A stretch of DNA of 64,000 nucleotides from Octopus sinensis (taxonomy: Eukaryota). Under the pieces are notes generated by a model. It was not told the DNA's origin. It searched no databases and saw only the letters and a list, made by a program, of their open reading frames with translations. The stretch covers positions 39,060,001 to 39,124,000 of the forward strand of contig NC_043001.1 in assembly GCF_006345805.1 (NCBI RefSeq). The letters run 5' to 3'. A program made the position numbers and the translations under genes. Shown here in pieces: positions 37,741-51,074 of the stretch (position 1 is the stretch's first letter; every line of letters starts with the position of its first letter).

Positions 37741-38511
37741 ACGAGAAAGAAGCAACAAGAATGGATTAGTTTTTAGTACAATTGTTTCATACAAAGACAG
37801 GCTTTATTAAAAGTTGCAAAAATTGCAGCAGATAAAAGTGTCCCGTACTCATCAGCTAAAATACATATGAGTTCTCCAAACATCTTAGTGGGTGAGGCTA
37901 TACTCATGAAGTATTGGAGATAATTTCATTAAAAGCAGATTTAGGTTGTAAACAGATTTCCGAAGTTCCTTAATGATGATGCACAGTCTTATCACAGGTT
38001 TTTAAAAAAAGCTTATTAGCTTCACAGAGAAGGTGAATTAATCCGTAGTGTAGATGTAAATTTCCAGAGATATGAGGAGGAATTTCATACTCACAGACGA
38101 TGAATTTATCCATGGTTAATCCTCATTGCGGATTAACCATGGATAAATTCATCGTCTGTGAGTATGAAATTCCTCCTCATATCTCTGGAATTTTACATCT
38201 ACACTACGGATTAATTCACCTTCTCTGTGAAGCTAATAAGCTTTTTTTAAAAACCTGTGATAAGACTGTGCATCATCATTAAGGAACTTCGGAAATCTGT
38301 TTACAACCTAAATCTGCTTTTAATGAAATTATCTCCAATACTTCATGAGTATAGCCTCACCCACTAAGATGTTTGGAGAACTCATATGTATTTTAGCTGA
38401 TGAGTACGGGACACTTTTATCTGCTGCAATTTTTGCAACTTTTAATAAAGCCTGTCTTTGTATGAAACAATTGTACTAAAAACTAATCCATTCTTGTTGC
38501 TTCTTTCTCGT
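37741..38511. repeat. Near-perfect palindrome, 382-bp arms and 7-nt loop
   Basis: 37741-38122 is the reverse complement of 38130-38511; one mismatch seen (38061/38191); loop TCATTGC. Confidence 0.95.
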
Positions 38512-39088
38512 GTATATCTCAATATGTAGTATGGCATTTCAGGGTGTACATGTACCAATGTGTGTGCACATCAGTATATGTGGTTGGACAGATATGTGAT
38601 GCAGTTATAAATTCACTCCAAATTCCTAAACAAGAATTGACAGTGGACAGAAAAGTATGGGGAGGGGGGAGGGGGGAGATAACTGGACACAAGTGATATC
38701 TGTTTAATGCTTAATGACCAGTCACTCAATCTATATAGTAATCTGCTTGTTCATTCACCCGCTGCACATTGGTTAGTAAGAGAGGTGCAGGTGTATTGAG
38801 TGAGAGGTGGAATAAAAGTGCGAGAGGGAGGAGAGAATAGAGAAGAAAGAAGTAGAGAAAGATGTATAGTAAGGCCAAATGCATCATGTGGTTAGCTGAA
38901 TGGAGTGAGGAAAACGACAGTGAGAAAAAAGAGGGAGAGAGAAGTGTTAACGACATGCTGTATGATGGGGAAAGAAAGGTAAAGAGAAAGATATTTTTAG
39001 TAGACAATATTCAGTAGCGGGTGAGGTTCTGGTGGTGAGGCTAAAGAAGGGCAGGTACAGAGGAGGCAGTGTGTGTGTGTGTGTGTAT

Positions 39089-39129
<41 letters not shown>

Positions 39130-39921
39130 ACAGTAGATAGCGTTGGAGAGATACATCAACAGAAAGAAAAGGATATAAACAAACAGTTGAGCTGAAATTA
39201 AATGAGCTCTGTTACTGAAAACTACAGTGATGATATTGGTGGTGATGGTGGTGGTATGTTGATAGTGAAGAGTATTTTTTTCTTCTTGAACTAAATCTCT
39301 AATATTATTCTTCTACCTGTTCATTCACACTTTATGGTTTAGTTTGTTAAAGAAGAGGAGAAGGGGCAGTGAGAGAGAGGAAGAGTGAATGTAAGAGAAA
39401 GTGAAAGAACAGATAGTCAGCTGATGCATTATGCTGTCACTCATGTGGTTAGTGGAAGTGAGAGGTATTAAAAAAAATGGAAATGTTAAAGACATGAAGA
39501 GGGAAATTACATAGTTAAAAAGTTTGTTGGAGAGAAAAAGAGAAATATAAACTGCTAAGCAGGAGGAAATTTTGAAAATTATATAATATATTATTGTGAT
39601 TGGAAGTGAAATAACTTAGCAAAATGGAAATAAAAATGCAAATCATCCTTTCTTTCTTAAATAGTCTCCCTAATCTTTTTCATTCTGTGGAATTTCTATC
39701 GTTCCCACTAGCACCTACTTAAAACATCACATGCCTTTCCCCAGGCTTTGGTTCATATTCTATTTCACTTCATATAATTAGGTTAACCCCTATACGAAGC
39801 CAGCAATGTCTGTAATGCATCCATTAGTATATATAATTTATTGGCATATATATCTATGCATATTTATTATTTTTATACAAGAATGTTGTTGACAATTTCA
39901 ACCAGCTAAACCATTGTCAGA

Positions 39922-39953
<32 letters not shown>

Positions 39954-39965
39954 TATATATATATA

Positions 39966-40940
39966 GTGAAATATGGACCATGAATGCTGAGGACATGTGT
40001 AACCTTGAAAGAAATGAAGCTAGTATGATCCGCTGGATGAGTAATGTCAGTGTACATACATGACAGAGTGTAAGTGCCCTGAGAGAAGAGTTGCCTATAA
40101 GAAGCATCAAATGTGGTGCACAAGAGAGGCGACTGCACTGGTATAGCCATATGTTACATATGCATAAAGACAGCTGTGTGAAGAAGTGCCACTCCCTAAC
40201 TGTAGAAGGAACCTGAGGAAGAAGTAGACCCAGGAAGACATGGGATGAGGTGGTGAAGCATGACCTTCAAACATTGAGACTCACAAAAACAATGACAGGA
40301 AATCGGTACCTTTGGAGATATGCTGTGATTGAGAAGACCCAGCAACTAAAGTGAGATCACAGTCATGCACGCCCTACCCTGTTAAGAATATTCTTGATGT
40401 GTCAGGCAATATGATATGCTTGAGAAGACCTGTCGAATCAGGTAAAACTAATACTGTAGCTGGGGCCAGTGCCTGCTGACTGACTCCCATGCTGATGGCA
40501 TGTAGTAAGCATCATCTGAACATGGTTGCTGCTAGGTCTGCTTGACTGGCTCCTGTGCTGGTGGCATGTAAAAAGCACTATCCAAATGCATTCGTTGCCA
40601 GACTCGCCTTACTGGCTCCTGTACCAGTGGCACATAAAAAGCACCGACCAATCATGACCGATGCCAGTACCCTCTAACTGGCTCCTGTGCTGGTAGCACA
40701 TAAAAATCACCATCCAAATGTGACCGTTGCCAAACCTGCCTTACTGGCTCTCATGCCAGGGACATGTAAAAAGCACCCACTATACTCTTAGAGTGGTTGG
40801 CATTAGGAAGGACATCCAGCTGTAGAAACTCTGCCAGACTAGATTGGAGCCTGGTGCAGCCGCTGGCTCTCCAGACCTCAGTCAAACTGTCCAACCCATA
40901 TCAGCATGGAAAATGGACATTAATCAAAGATGATGATGAT
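39966..40940 (+). mobile_element. RTE 3' fragment with ~65-bp tandem units in the 3' UTR
   Basis: RNEASMIRWMSNVS...KCHSLTVEGT; five ggtggcacgtaaaaagcacc-type units at about 40460-40780; terminus. Confidence 0.9.
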
Positions 40941-40965
40941 GATATATATATATATATATATATAT

Positions 40966-41275
40966 ACCGGTGGGACGTAAAAAGCACCATCCGATCGTGG
41001 CCATTGGCAGCCTTGTCTAGCCCCCGTGCCGGTGGCACGTAAAAAGCACCATCCGACCGTGGCCGTTTGCTAGCCCCATCTGGCACCTGTGCGGGTGGCA
41101 CGTAAAAAGCACCCACTACACTCACGGAGTGGTTGGCGTTAGGAAGGGCATCCAGCCGTAGAAACACTGCCAGATCAGACTGGGCCTGGTGCAGCCTTCT
41201 GGCTTCCCAGACCCCAGTTGAACCATCCAACCCATGCTAGCATGGAAAGCAGACGCTAAATGATGATAATAATAA
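40966..41275 (+). mobile_element. RTE 3' UTR fragment, young (CpGs retained)
   Basis: Three gtaaaaagcacc units plus a terminus nearly identical to 59100-59345. Confidence 0.9.
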
Positions 41276-41429
41276 TATATATACATATATTATACATATG
41301 TATATATATATATATATATAGATATATATTGCCATTCTTAATATATCAGGCATCCATCCACAATTCAATGCTAAAAATGGAAGATTTCATACATAGAAGG
41401 TTGGAATGCTGAAATAACACACTGCACCC

Positions 41430-43400
41430 CAGTATTTATTCCAACTGAAACCCTCCAAAATGACTTCCACATAGATGCCAAGATGAAAAATTTCATCATC
41501 ATCCATGCAAATCACACTGGCCTAAACAAAAGAGGAAAAACTATTTTACACCATGATTCCTTTGCTATGGATGCCAATGACACATTTTCTAATGGCTACT
41601 GTCAATCTATGTCATTATACAACAAAGTTAAAAGTATAATCATTATTTGTCTTTATAGGACTCCTCAGGCATTTCTGCAAGGCTTTGAAGAGTGCCACAA
41701 TGAAATCAAGTCCTTTCCACAATTCTGGAAACAAATCAATGATAGATGATTTTTTAATATTGCTTGTGTGAATTGGACCACAAGTACACTGAAACCAGGA
41801 AATTGCATCTCAACACCATACAAAGCAGAAGCAGAATTGCTATTTAATTTAATGGATGAATTTTTCCTACCCACACTTGTACTTAAACCAACAACAAGAC
41901 AAAACAAAAATATCTAGGACTTGATATAAAGAAATCACTCTAGCTCCAAACAAAACATTTCAGCTGAAAGTACTCTTACACCAGACCATTACATGGCACT
42001 TTGCAATCTTAGTAGTATGAGAAAAAAGAAATTAGTCACTCTTTCACCCCTGCTCCCATTTGATAACATCAATTTTCATAAAGCATATACAGGAGCAATT
42101 AGACAAGATCTGCCATTTATTAACTAGTCTTTCACTCACAGACATCCTCTGATAATGAAGCAACAACCTGATAAAGGTTTGAGAACATTGTAACCTGTAC
42201 ATGTTTAAAATACACCACTCCGATAAAACTCAATACACAGACAGAAACAGACTCCCAAGAGGGAGAAAGAAAACACACATCAGGAGAATCAAAAGACTTA
42301 ATAATAAAAATATTAACTAATTAAAATACTACCACCAACAACATCCACAGTCAGCATCAATAAGAACACTTTACCCATGAAGATTTGGAAGAAGGCTTCA
42401 ATACTGATGTAATATATGTTGACTTCAGCAAAGCCTTTGATAGAGTCAACCACAACATCCTAATACTAAAATTTTTCAAGACTGGAATGCACTGGATCAA
42501 GTATTTCCTAGTGAGCAGAACCCAACAAGTGGTGTTCAATCGAATCCATGAGCACAGCAAGTCACCAGTGGTGTTCCTTGAGGGGACATTCTGAGTCCAC
42601 TTTGCTTCATAGTCTGTATAAATAACATCACAACTGTCATCAAGTACATCAAAATGAAAATATTCAGAGATGACACCAAGCTTCAAAAACTTATCAGGGG
42701 AGAAGAAGACCCAGTTTGATTTGTGTGCTGTAAGTCACAGACAGAAACAACAAGCTGTTAAATGGAGAATTTGAACTCATGCACTTTAGAAAAGAGAATG
42801 TGCTCAAACAACTTTATCTACTTCCTTCAAGAAGCACTTATATCAATAACAAATTCAATATAGCTTGCAGGATGAGCTCCTGCATCCTCAGAGTTTCTGG
42901 TCCAGGGCATTAAATGTTATCATTCCTCTTTTTTGTTTAGTATAGCCACACCTAGAAAACTACTTCCCCTTATAGTCTCCCATACCAAATAAAACATTAC
43001 ATGAATTTAAACCCATAGAGCAATTACTAAAAAAATTAAAATGTATGATTAATCTTGATTATTGGGACCATTCCAAATTTCTTAAACTTTATTTTTTCCA
43101 ACACCACTAACAATGGAGGATATAACACCAGCATTGCCATCAAATTCAGAATTCATCTTGTGTAGGGAGTGACACATGGCACCCAGTGCCATGTGTCACT
43201 CCCTACACAATTCAGGTTCACAACACATAAACACATTGCAACACATTTTTCTACTTAACATTAGTCCAAAACAAATCTATAAAGGAAAAGATCTCATTAA
43301 TTTCATACAATATCTGGACAAATTTTCTTCAAGGAATACCAGACAAGCCACCAATACTTAAATACATCTCAGTCAACAACTCCTTATTTCAACTAGAAAA
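41430..43400 (+). mobile_element. CR1-like LINE, heavily decayed (EN, RT and C-terminus)
   Basis: IIIICLYRTPQ (EN), DVIYVDFSKAFDRVNHNIL (RT), RPHLENY-like C-terminal relics. Confidence 0.75.
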
Positions 43401-43679
43401 GCACTTGGAGAGTGCAGACCTCCACCAAGCAGCTCATTTCCACCCATATACACACATGCTGAAAATTGCCGAATTTCCAAAACCAATGCCAGCAAAAACA
43501 TAACCTCCTTGGCAGGGGTAAAAAAAAAATAACACGGCCATATGATTTTAGGAAAAGAACCTTCTAAAAACAGGAATCATCTGAAGCAGTTATAATACAT
43601 CAATGACAACAGCAAGCTAGTTTCACCATACAACTAAAAAGAAACAACAATTAACTAAAACTTAAGTGATACACACACA

Positions 43680-44400
43680 ACGTCATGGTGGGAAAACTAA
43701 CAGTTGGTTATGGTGACTTGTGGATGCTGATCCTGGTTCACGTAAGCATGATCTAGCAGGCTTCCATAGTCGGTGGTGGGTTTTTGGACTAGTTGGTCGA
43801 ATCCAAACTGGTTCATAGTTGTCAAGATCTCATGGTTAAGGGAATCAAGAAGATCCACATTGAAATCAACAAGGACAATGGTCAGATGATTCCTTGGCAG
43901 AGATCTTATAAGATGATGCAGGCTGGTGAGGAAAGGAGCAACTGGTACGGAAGGAGATCTGTAAATGGTGATGATACTGATTTTTGTTGATGAGATGGTT
44001 ACCACAACAGCAGTGTACTCTAAGCCACTGACATTCAAATGTATATCTGTGGGGGTGATCTCCTGCTTTGCAACAGTCATCACCCCATCTCCACACCCCA
44101 GTGCAGCAGGACTGTCTGCTCTTCAACTGCGGTAGGATGGATGCTACTTGTTGATTCTGCTTCAAGAACATTTCCATGAATCAAAACACATCAACATTTT
44201 GAAGAGTGTTGTCCGCTTTCAAGTTTTGTTCATGTTCAAAGTAGGACATGATACTGAGCAGTCTAATCTGCAGTCATCCATGAGTAACTGTGGGAGCAGC
44301 AGAAGGTAAAGTTTCAGACGTTGAAGCCTGTTGATTTCATGAACAACAGATGGACGAGTGCAGATTGTTTCGCTACCATTTGTTTATGTAATTTCATCTC
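43680..44400 (-). mobile_element. Helentron-like fragment: helicase tail plus APE endonuclease
   Basis: SVVHEINRLQR; LLSIMSYFEH..LKAD...VDVF*FMEMFLK; ISIITIYRSP...IVLVDFNVDL...KPTTDYGSLLDHAYVN...NC*FSHHD. Confidence 0.65.
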
Positions 44401-44569
44401 TTTATCCATCAGTTTCTAGTAAGATAGATACGTAAGTAAAATTACTAATAGAGAAACAAAAATAAACTTTGGAAACAGAAACACAACCATAGATAACATG
44501 AAAACATGAACGTGTTTTCAAAAGAGATAATCAAAGAACGTAACATTGTAATACTTCATGTAAAGCAAA

Positions 44570-44780
44570 TATAACAAATGAAAAATCCTTCAAGAATCCG
44601 TAAAAATTCCTGGACCACTACCAAAATTTCATCATTTGTTCCTTGTGTTATTACTAAATTTTCCTGCAAGTTTCATCAACTACTGTTCACAACATTTTGA
44701 GTTATTATGCACAAAGTGGGACAGACAGACAAACCAACGCTGATGAAAACATAACCTCCTTACTTGGCAGAGGTAATAAG
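44570..44780 (+). mobile_element. Non-autonomous Helentron-associated (HINE-like) element; a second end lies at 43494-43521
   Basis: caagtttcatca...ttttgagttat...acagacagacaaaccaacgctgatgaaaacataacctcc(..)ttggcagaggtaat terminal hairpin, repeated at 43494-43521. Confidence 0.55.
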
Positions 44781-45192
44781 CCATGATACCACAAAGCTCG
44801 ACTTAAAAATGGCTTAGATTGATCTACTAAGTGGCCAAGACCAATTTTAGCCATAATGTATTGAAGTATATATATATATTTCATTTATGTATGTATGTAT
44901 GTATGTATGTATGTATATATGTATGCATACATGCATGCATGTATATATGAAGTATATTGACAGATCATAGTTAAGCTCCTGGTTTGGTGATTGTGCGAAT
45001 AAGAAGTCGAATATAGGTTACACATCAGCATGTGTATATAAATTTTTTTTCAGCATGAGATGAAAATCCAAGCCTTATTCGCATAATCACCAAACCTAGA
45101 GCTTAACTATGGTCTATCCATAGCAATTACTCAGCATTACCTGACACCTTTTGGTCTTATTGACACCATTACCTCTCATAACATGTATTGAA

Positions 45193-45195
<3 letters not shown>

Positions 45196-45287
<92 letters not shown>

Positions 45288-45305
45288 TATGTATATATGT
45301 ATATG

Positions 45306-45360
<55 letters not shown>

Positions 45361-45372
45361 ATATATATATAT
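45196..45372 (+). repeat. Long (TA)n microsatellite
   Basis: Read directly. Confidence 0.95.
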
Positions 45373-45790
45373 ATATTATATTAAATTAGAGATAAAACCA
45401 CTATTAGGCAATCAGTGAAAAACATAAGCCAATACATAAAATTAATTAATGCTCTTTATCTTTTATTAAACTTTTAATACTTTTGATATTTATAAAAAAA
45501 TAAAATTAAAAAATAAAATAAATAAATAAATAAAAAATCAATAAATAAATAAATAAATAAATAAATAAAAAATAAATAAATAAATAAAATAATATATAGG
45601 TATAAAGATATACCTACATATATATATATATATATATATTTATATATTTAAATTGATAAGTTTAAATTATCTAAATAATTTTTTAAATTTTTAACTTTTA
45701 TATTTTTAAATTAATTTTATGTATTGGCTTATGTTTTTCACTGTTTGATTGCTTAATAGTGGTTTTATCTCTAATTTAATATAATATAAT
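45373..45790. mobile_element. AT-rich fold-back/MITE-like element, ~75-bp inverted termini
   Basis: taaattagagataaaaccactatta.gcaatc...aaaaacataagccaatacataaaattaa (45373-45445) is inverted at 45711-45790 around a (AAAT)n core. Confidence 0.75.
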
Positions 45791-45895
45791 AATATATTTA
45801 TACTATAAAGTTGGATTTAATCCTAAATCTAATTTTTCCCTGTAAGTTTGGATTTATTCCCTAATATTATTATTATCATATATATATATATATAT

Positions 45896-46333
45896 GGCGC
45901 ATGGCTCAGTGGTTAGAGCGTCGAGCTTACGATCGTGAGGTTGTGAGCTCGAATCCCGGACCGGGCTGGGTGTTGTGTTCTTGAGCAAGGCACTTTATTT
46001 CACGTTGCTCCAGTTCACTCAGCTGTAGAAATGAGTTGCGACGTCACTGGTGCCAAGCTGTATCGACCTTTGTCTTTCCNNNNNNNNNNNNNNNNNNNNN
46101 NNNNNNNNNNNNNNNNNNNNNNNNNNNNNNNNNNNNNNNNNNNNNNNNNNNNNNNNNNNNNNNNNNNNNNNNNNNNNNNCTTGGATAACACTGGTGGCGT
46201 GGAGAGGGGAGGCTGGTATGCATGGGCGACTGCTGGTCTTCCATAAACAACCGTGCCCGGACTTGTGTCTAGGAGGGTAACTTTCTAGGTGCAATCCCAT
46301 GGTCATTTATGACCGAAGGGGGTCTTTACCTTT
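45896..46333 (+). mobile_element. tRNA-derived SINE, young, spanning the assembly gap
   Basis: A box TGGCTCAGTGG, B box GCTCGAATCC, central tgttcttgagcaaggcactttatttc domain; (TA)n on both sides. Confidence 0.85.
46080..46179. other. Assembly gap (exactly 100 N)
   Basis: Round-number N run typical of a placeholder gap. Confidence 0.98.
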
Positions 46334-46459
46334 ATATATATATATATATATATATATAGTTGTGTGTATATATATATATGGATAGATAGATATACATATA
46401 TATATATATATGTATGTATGTATATATACACACATATATATGTGTGTGTGTATATATAC

Positions 46460-47455
46460 ATTACTGCAAAGTGAAAATATTTGCTGATGACACTAAGTTC
46501 CAGCAAATCGTCAATGAAGAAGCAGACCGAACTCAACTCCAGTCTGATCTATATGCTGTGAGTCAATGGGCAGACAGAAACAAAATGCAACTGAATGAGG
46601 GAAAATTTGAGCTGATGCATTTTGGAAGAAATTCCTCACTAAAACAGCCATACTCTCTTCCTTCAAGGGAACCACTCACAGCCTCTAACAATATCAGAGA
46701 CCTGGGTGTAATTGTTGATGACGTTCTCAGTTGGAGTGCACACATCAACATGAAGGTCGATATAGCTCGTAGGATGAGTTCCTGGATCTTAAGAACTTTC
46801 CGGTCCAGAGAACAAGGTATCATCATACCACTTTTCTCCTCCTTTGTACGGCCACACCTCGAATACTGCTGCCCACTGTGGTCTCCCCATACAAGACAAA
46901 ACATCTTGAGGATTGAATCACCCCAGAGGGCACTCACTAAACGTATTGAAGGCATGGCTGCTCTCGATTATTGGGATCGCCTTAAAGCCTTGAAACTCTA
47001 CTCTCGCCAGCGTCACCGTGAGCGGTACATCATTTGTATGATGTGGAGAATATACCGCCAACTTTGCCCAAACGACCTGAACATTAGATTCAAGGTTCAT
47101 CCAAGACTGGGACCATGGGCTATACGTCCCCTGCCCAATTCAAGATCACAGCATACATGTACACTGCAACATAATTTCTTTTCCTCAACAGGCCCTGCCC
47201 TATTTTACATTGTCCCAAAAGAGATCAAAGAGGAAATGGATCCCATCAACTTTAAACGGAGTCTGGATAGATTTCTTCAAAGAATACCAGATAAGCCATC
47301 CATAATTGGATACAACTCACCCAACAAAAACTCACTACTTGAATGGACCATAAACAAAACTTGACTTAAACAGGATTTGAATAATCCTATCAGGTGGTGC
47401 TATTAAGTTAGACATGGCCTGGACCAATCTTTGGTCGAAACATATCTAAGTTTAT
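46460..47455 (+). mobile_element. CR1-like LINE, 5'-truncated, ~300-aa open RT C-terminus
   Basis: KIFADDTKF...IRDLGVIVDD...FVRPHLEYCCPLWSP; 3' stem-loop gacca-atctt-tggtc. Confidence 0.9.
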
Positions 47456-47574
47456 TTAAGATTATATATACATATATATATACACATATATATATGTATA
47501 TATATATTTTTTTCTCTTTAGTTTCAGCTCAGAGCTGCGGCCATGCTAATGCACCACTGTTTTGCTACACTGTT

Positions 47575-48105
47575 ATTACTAAGAACCTCCTCTAATATGT
47601 GGCACTTGGTGAAGAATGGAGTTTGATATAGCTACCCTCATTTGCACCTCTTGCCGTAAGGTAGGTTCATCTGGGACTCTCGCTAGGAAGAGGTCCTGTT
47701 TTGATTTAAAAACCCCTACATCTACTTTGTGCAAGTTCCTCAGACTCTTTAGGAGAATATTAAAAAGCTGTGGGCCCTTGAAACCCAGGCTGTTGCAGTA
47801 ACTGGTCCTGAAGTGTGATGGCATTGCTGGGATCTTTGGCGCTATGCAGTGTCGTCCCGTTCTGGCATTGGTTTAGCTTTCAGTGCCAAAATTTGGCACA
47901 ATTCCTTCCAGGATCTTCCAGATATATATTACTGCATACCTCTCCCATCTTCTCTCCAGAGTGTAGAGTCTTAGCTGTTTCAACCTTTCCCAGTAGCTGA
48001 GCTGTTGCAAAGAGATGAACTTCTTTGTGAATCTTCTCTGGATTGCTTCAAGGTCTGCTGTTAATTTCACACTGGTGAGTGACCATAGCTGTGAGCAGTA
48101 ATCCA
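47575..48105 (-). mobile_element. CR1-like LINE 3' fragment, tail-to-tail with the previous copy
   Basis: DYCSQLWS...LEAIQRRFTK...YWERLKQLRLYTLERRWERY; GPQLFNIL. Confidence 0.88.
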
Positions 48106-48195
48106 CATATATATATATATATGAAGTATATATATACATGTATATATATACAAATATATATATGTATTGAATTTTATATATTATATATACATAAA

Positions 48196-48226
<31 letters not shown>

Positions 48227-48291
48227 TTATATATATGTATGGCACAATACATATATATATATCTTGAAGTGTATATATAAATATATATATA

Positions 48292-51050
48292 TTGTTGTTG
48301 GCATGCTTTTTGTCTTGGGAGACAATGGAGTTGCGCATAAAATAATCTAGTCCAGCTTTTACATTTCATGTCTTAATACATCTCCTGCTGTGGCTGTGTA
48401 GTCCTATCCTGGACAAACACTCCCTCTGGCAGGTGCCGCAAATGTAGCGAAGACTTTGCCTGGCTGGTTGTAATGTCATAGTTTCTTGTTGACGTCTTTT
48501 CTTGTCTTTCCATTTCTCCTCTCTCCCTCTGTCACTCCTTTGTGTTCCCTCTTTTACGGTACGCCACAAATCTCCACAGTTGCTGGCAACTGCTTCCCAG
48601 TTGCTAATATTGATGTCGCAGGCCTTCATGTCCCTTTTGCAAACATCCTTGTATCATAAAAACGGTCTTCCCACAGACCTAGTGCACTTAGCAAGCTCTC
48701 TGCAGAGTATGTCCTTGGGGATTCTGCCATCTTCCATATGGCTAACATGTCCAAGCCATCTCGTGCGTCTTTATGTGAGGAGTGTAAACATGCTTGGTAT
48801 TCCTGCTTGCTTGAGGACATCTTTGTTGGGGATATGATTCTGCCATTTGATGCCAAGGATTTTCCGGAGGCAGCGCAGGTGGAAGATATTTAGGCAACGC
48901 TCTTGGTGTGTGTATGGCGTCAAAGTCTCACTTCTATACAGTAGAATGCTAAGTACACATGCCTGGTAAATCTTTATTTTTGTGGTCTTGGTCAGCTTAT
49001 TGTTGTCCCATGCCCGTTTGGAGAGTTGGGCCATCAAGCAGCTGCCTTGCCAATGCGTATATTGAGCTCGGCATCAAGGGATAGGTTGTAGGTGATGGTA
49101 GAGTCAAGATAGGCAAACTTCTCCACCTCCTGTAGTCTGTGGTCTCCAATATGTATGTTTGGGATGTCCGATGTAGCCTGACCCATGATGTTGGTCTTCT
49201 TGAGGCTGATAACTAATCCCAAGTCACTACATGCTTCTTCAAAACAGTTGATGAGCCTTTGCAAGGCTTCTTCTGTGTGTGATACCAGAGCAGCAGCAGC
49301 AGCAAATAGCATCGCCTTGATCAGGACACTTCTGATTTTGGTCTTGGCATGCAGACGCGAGAGATTGAACGGTTTCTCATCACTTCTACTGTGCAGAAAC
49401 ACTCCATCATCTGATGTCTCAAAGGCATGTGACAGCAGCAGCGAGAAGAAGATGCCAAATAATGTAGAAGCAAGGACACAACCTTGCTTTATCCCGTTTT
49501 TTATTTGGAAGGTGACTGATGTTGAAACATTCTGCTGTATGGTGCCTTGCATATCATCATGGAAAGATTTGATGATCTTCAGCAGCTTTAGTGGACATCC
49601 AACTTTTTGGAGCATGATGAAGAGGCCTTTTCTACTAACCAAGCCAAAGGCCTTTGTCAGATCAATAAAGGCCATATATAATGGCATTTTCTGCTGTCTG
49701 GACTTCTCCTGAAGTTGGCGTATGGAGAATATAATGTCAATAGTTGATCTGCTTCTTCTAAAACCACACTGTGATTCTGGATAAATTTGAGAAGTAAGCA
49801 GTTGTAGCCTGAACAGGATAACGTGAGCAAAGGTCTTTCCAACAGTGCTTAGAAGAGATATTCCACAGTAATTGTTACAATCACCACGGTCACCTTTGTT
49901 TTTGTAAAGCATAATGATGTTAGCATCCATCCCGCATATCCTGAGTGACTGTACCCTCTTCCCAGCACTGACACAGAAGCTCATGAAGGTGCCGAAGCAG
50001 GACGGTGTTTTTGCCAGCTTTGACTATCTATGAGTGGATGCCATCTTTTCCCAGAGCCTTGTTACTGGCTAGGGAGTCAATAGCCTTGGTGAGCTCTGCA
50101 ATAGATGACAGACTGTCAAGTTCACACATGACTGGCAGAATCTTGACACCCTCGATTGCAGCCTCAGCTACTCTGGTCTCCCGTGAGTAGAGATCCTGGT
50201 AGTACTCCACCCATCTATCCATTTTCTTGCTTTGGTCCTTGATGAGATCTCCAGTAGTTGATTTCAGAGGGTCTGACTTGGTTGCAAATGGACCAAGGGC
50301 CTTCTTCTGACCAGCATACATCCCACGGGTGTCACTACTGTCAGCAGCTGACTGGATACTCTGACACATTTCTTGCCAATACCTATTTGCACAGCATCTG
50401 GCAGTCAGTTGGGTTTTATTTCTTGCCTTTCTGTGTTCTTTGAGTGTCTTTGTAGAAGAATCACTCTTGTATTGCATCAGAGCTGTGCACTTTGCTTCGA
50501 TAACTGGTTCCATCTGAACCAATCTGAGTTTTGCCTTTCTCGCATGCTGAAAGTATCTATTGATGTGGTATACAAAGCTTCCCTGATATAATTCCACCTA
50601 CTTTCAGCATAGGAAGTTGGGTAGCTACTGAGGGCAACCTTGATAGAAACAGCAAAACATTTTCACAGTGTAGGGTCTGAGGTTCTGGCAGTTTTAATGC
50701 ATGGTCGTCCCATTTTCTTGGAGTGATGGACATTTTTAGGCAGAATCCTCACCCTGCTTTTTATTAGTGAATGATTTGTGTCACAATCTGCGCTGTGGTA
50801 ACTACGGGTCAGTTGAACAGAATTTAGAAAGGATCTTCATGTTATGATGAGATCCAACTGATGCCAGTGGTGAAATCTTGGATGTCTCCAAGATGCCTTG
50901 TGGGATGTCTTGTTGGCAAAGAATGTGTTGGTGATGCACAGGTTATGGTATGTGCAAAATTCAAGTAGTCTCTACCACTGTCGTTCATGTTGCCAATACC
51001 AAAGTGTCCAACACAAACGGGCCACAAATCGTGATGACTTCTTGTCCTTT
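48292..51050 (-). mobile_element. BovB-like RTE LINE, 5'-truncated in EN, several frameshifts
   Basis: GHFGIGNMND (EN); YPESQCGFRRSRST...MAFIDLTKAF...KQGCVLA (49034 ORF); single terminal finger CGTCQRECLSRIGLHSHSRRC; 3' ccattgtctcccaagacaaaaagcatgcc(aac)n. No PHD-like insert. Confidence 0.92.
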
Positions 51051-51074
51051 CTCCGTCGCTATAGACGACATTGC

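Noticed and set aside
37770-38100. hAT transposase similarity (NCFIQRQALLK) in the palindrome arm
   Set aside because: One short motif; the spacing to a possible HTEVRW-like motif is wrong and the frames are full of stops.
45151-45418. ORFs made of YI, CV, HT or N runs (also 6865, 19160, 28736, 31771, 34669)
   Set aside because: Translations of microsatellites.
45896-45970. tRNA gene
   Set aside because: A and B boxes are present but the acceptor and anticodon stems pair poorly, and the sequence continues into a SINE body; the same holds for 5599 and 52004.
47420-47450. Stem plus GAAAC at the CR1 3' end as a ribozyme
   Set aside because: No upstream CUGANGA; best explained as the LINE 3' stem-loop.
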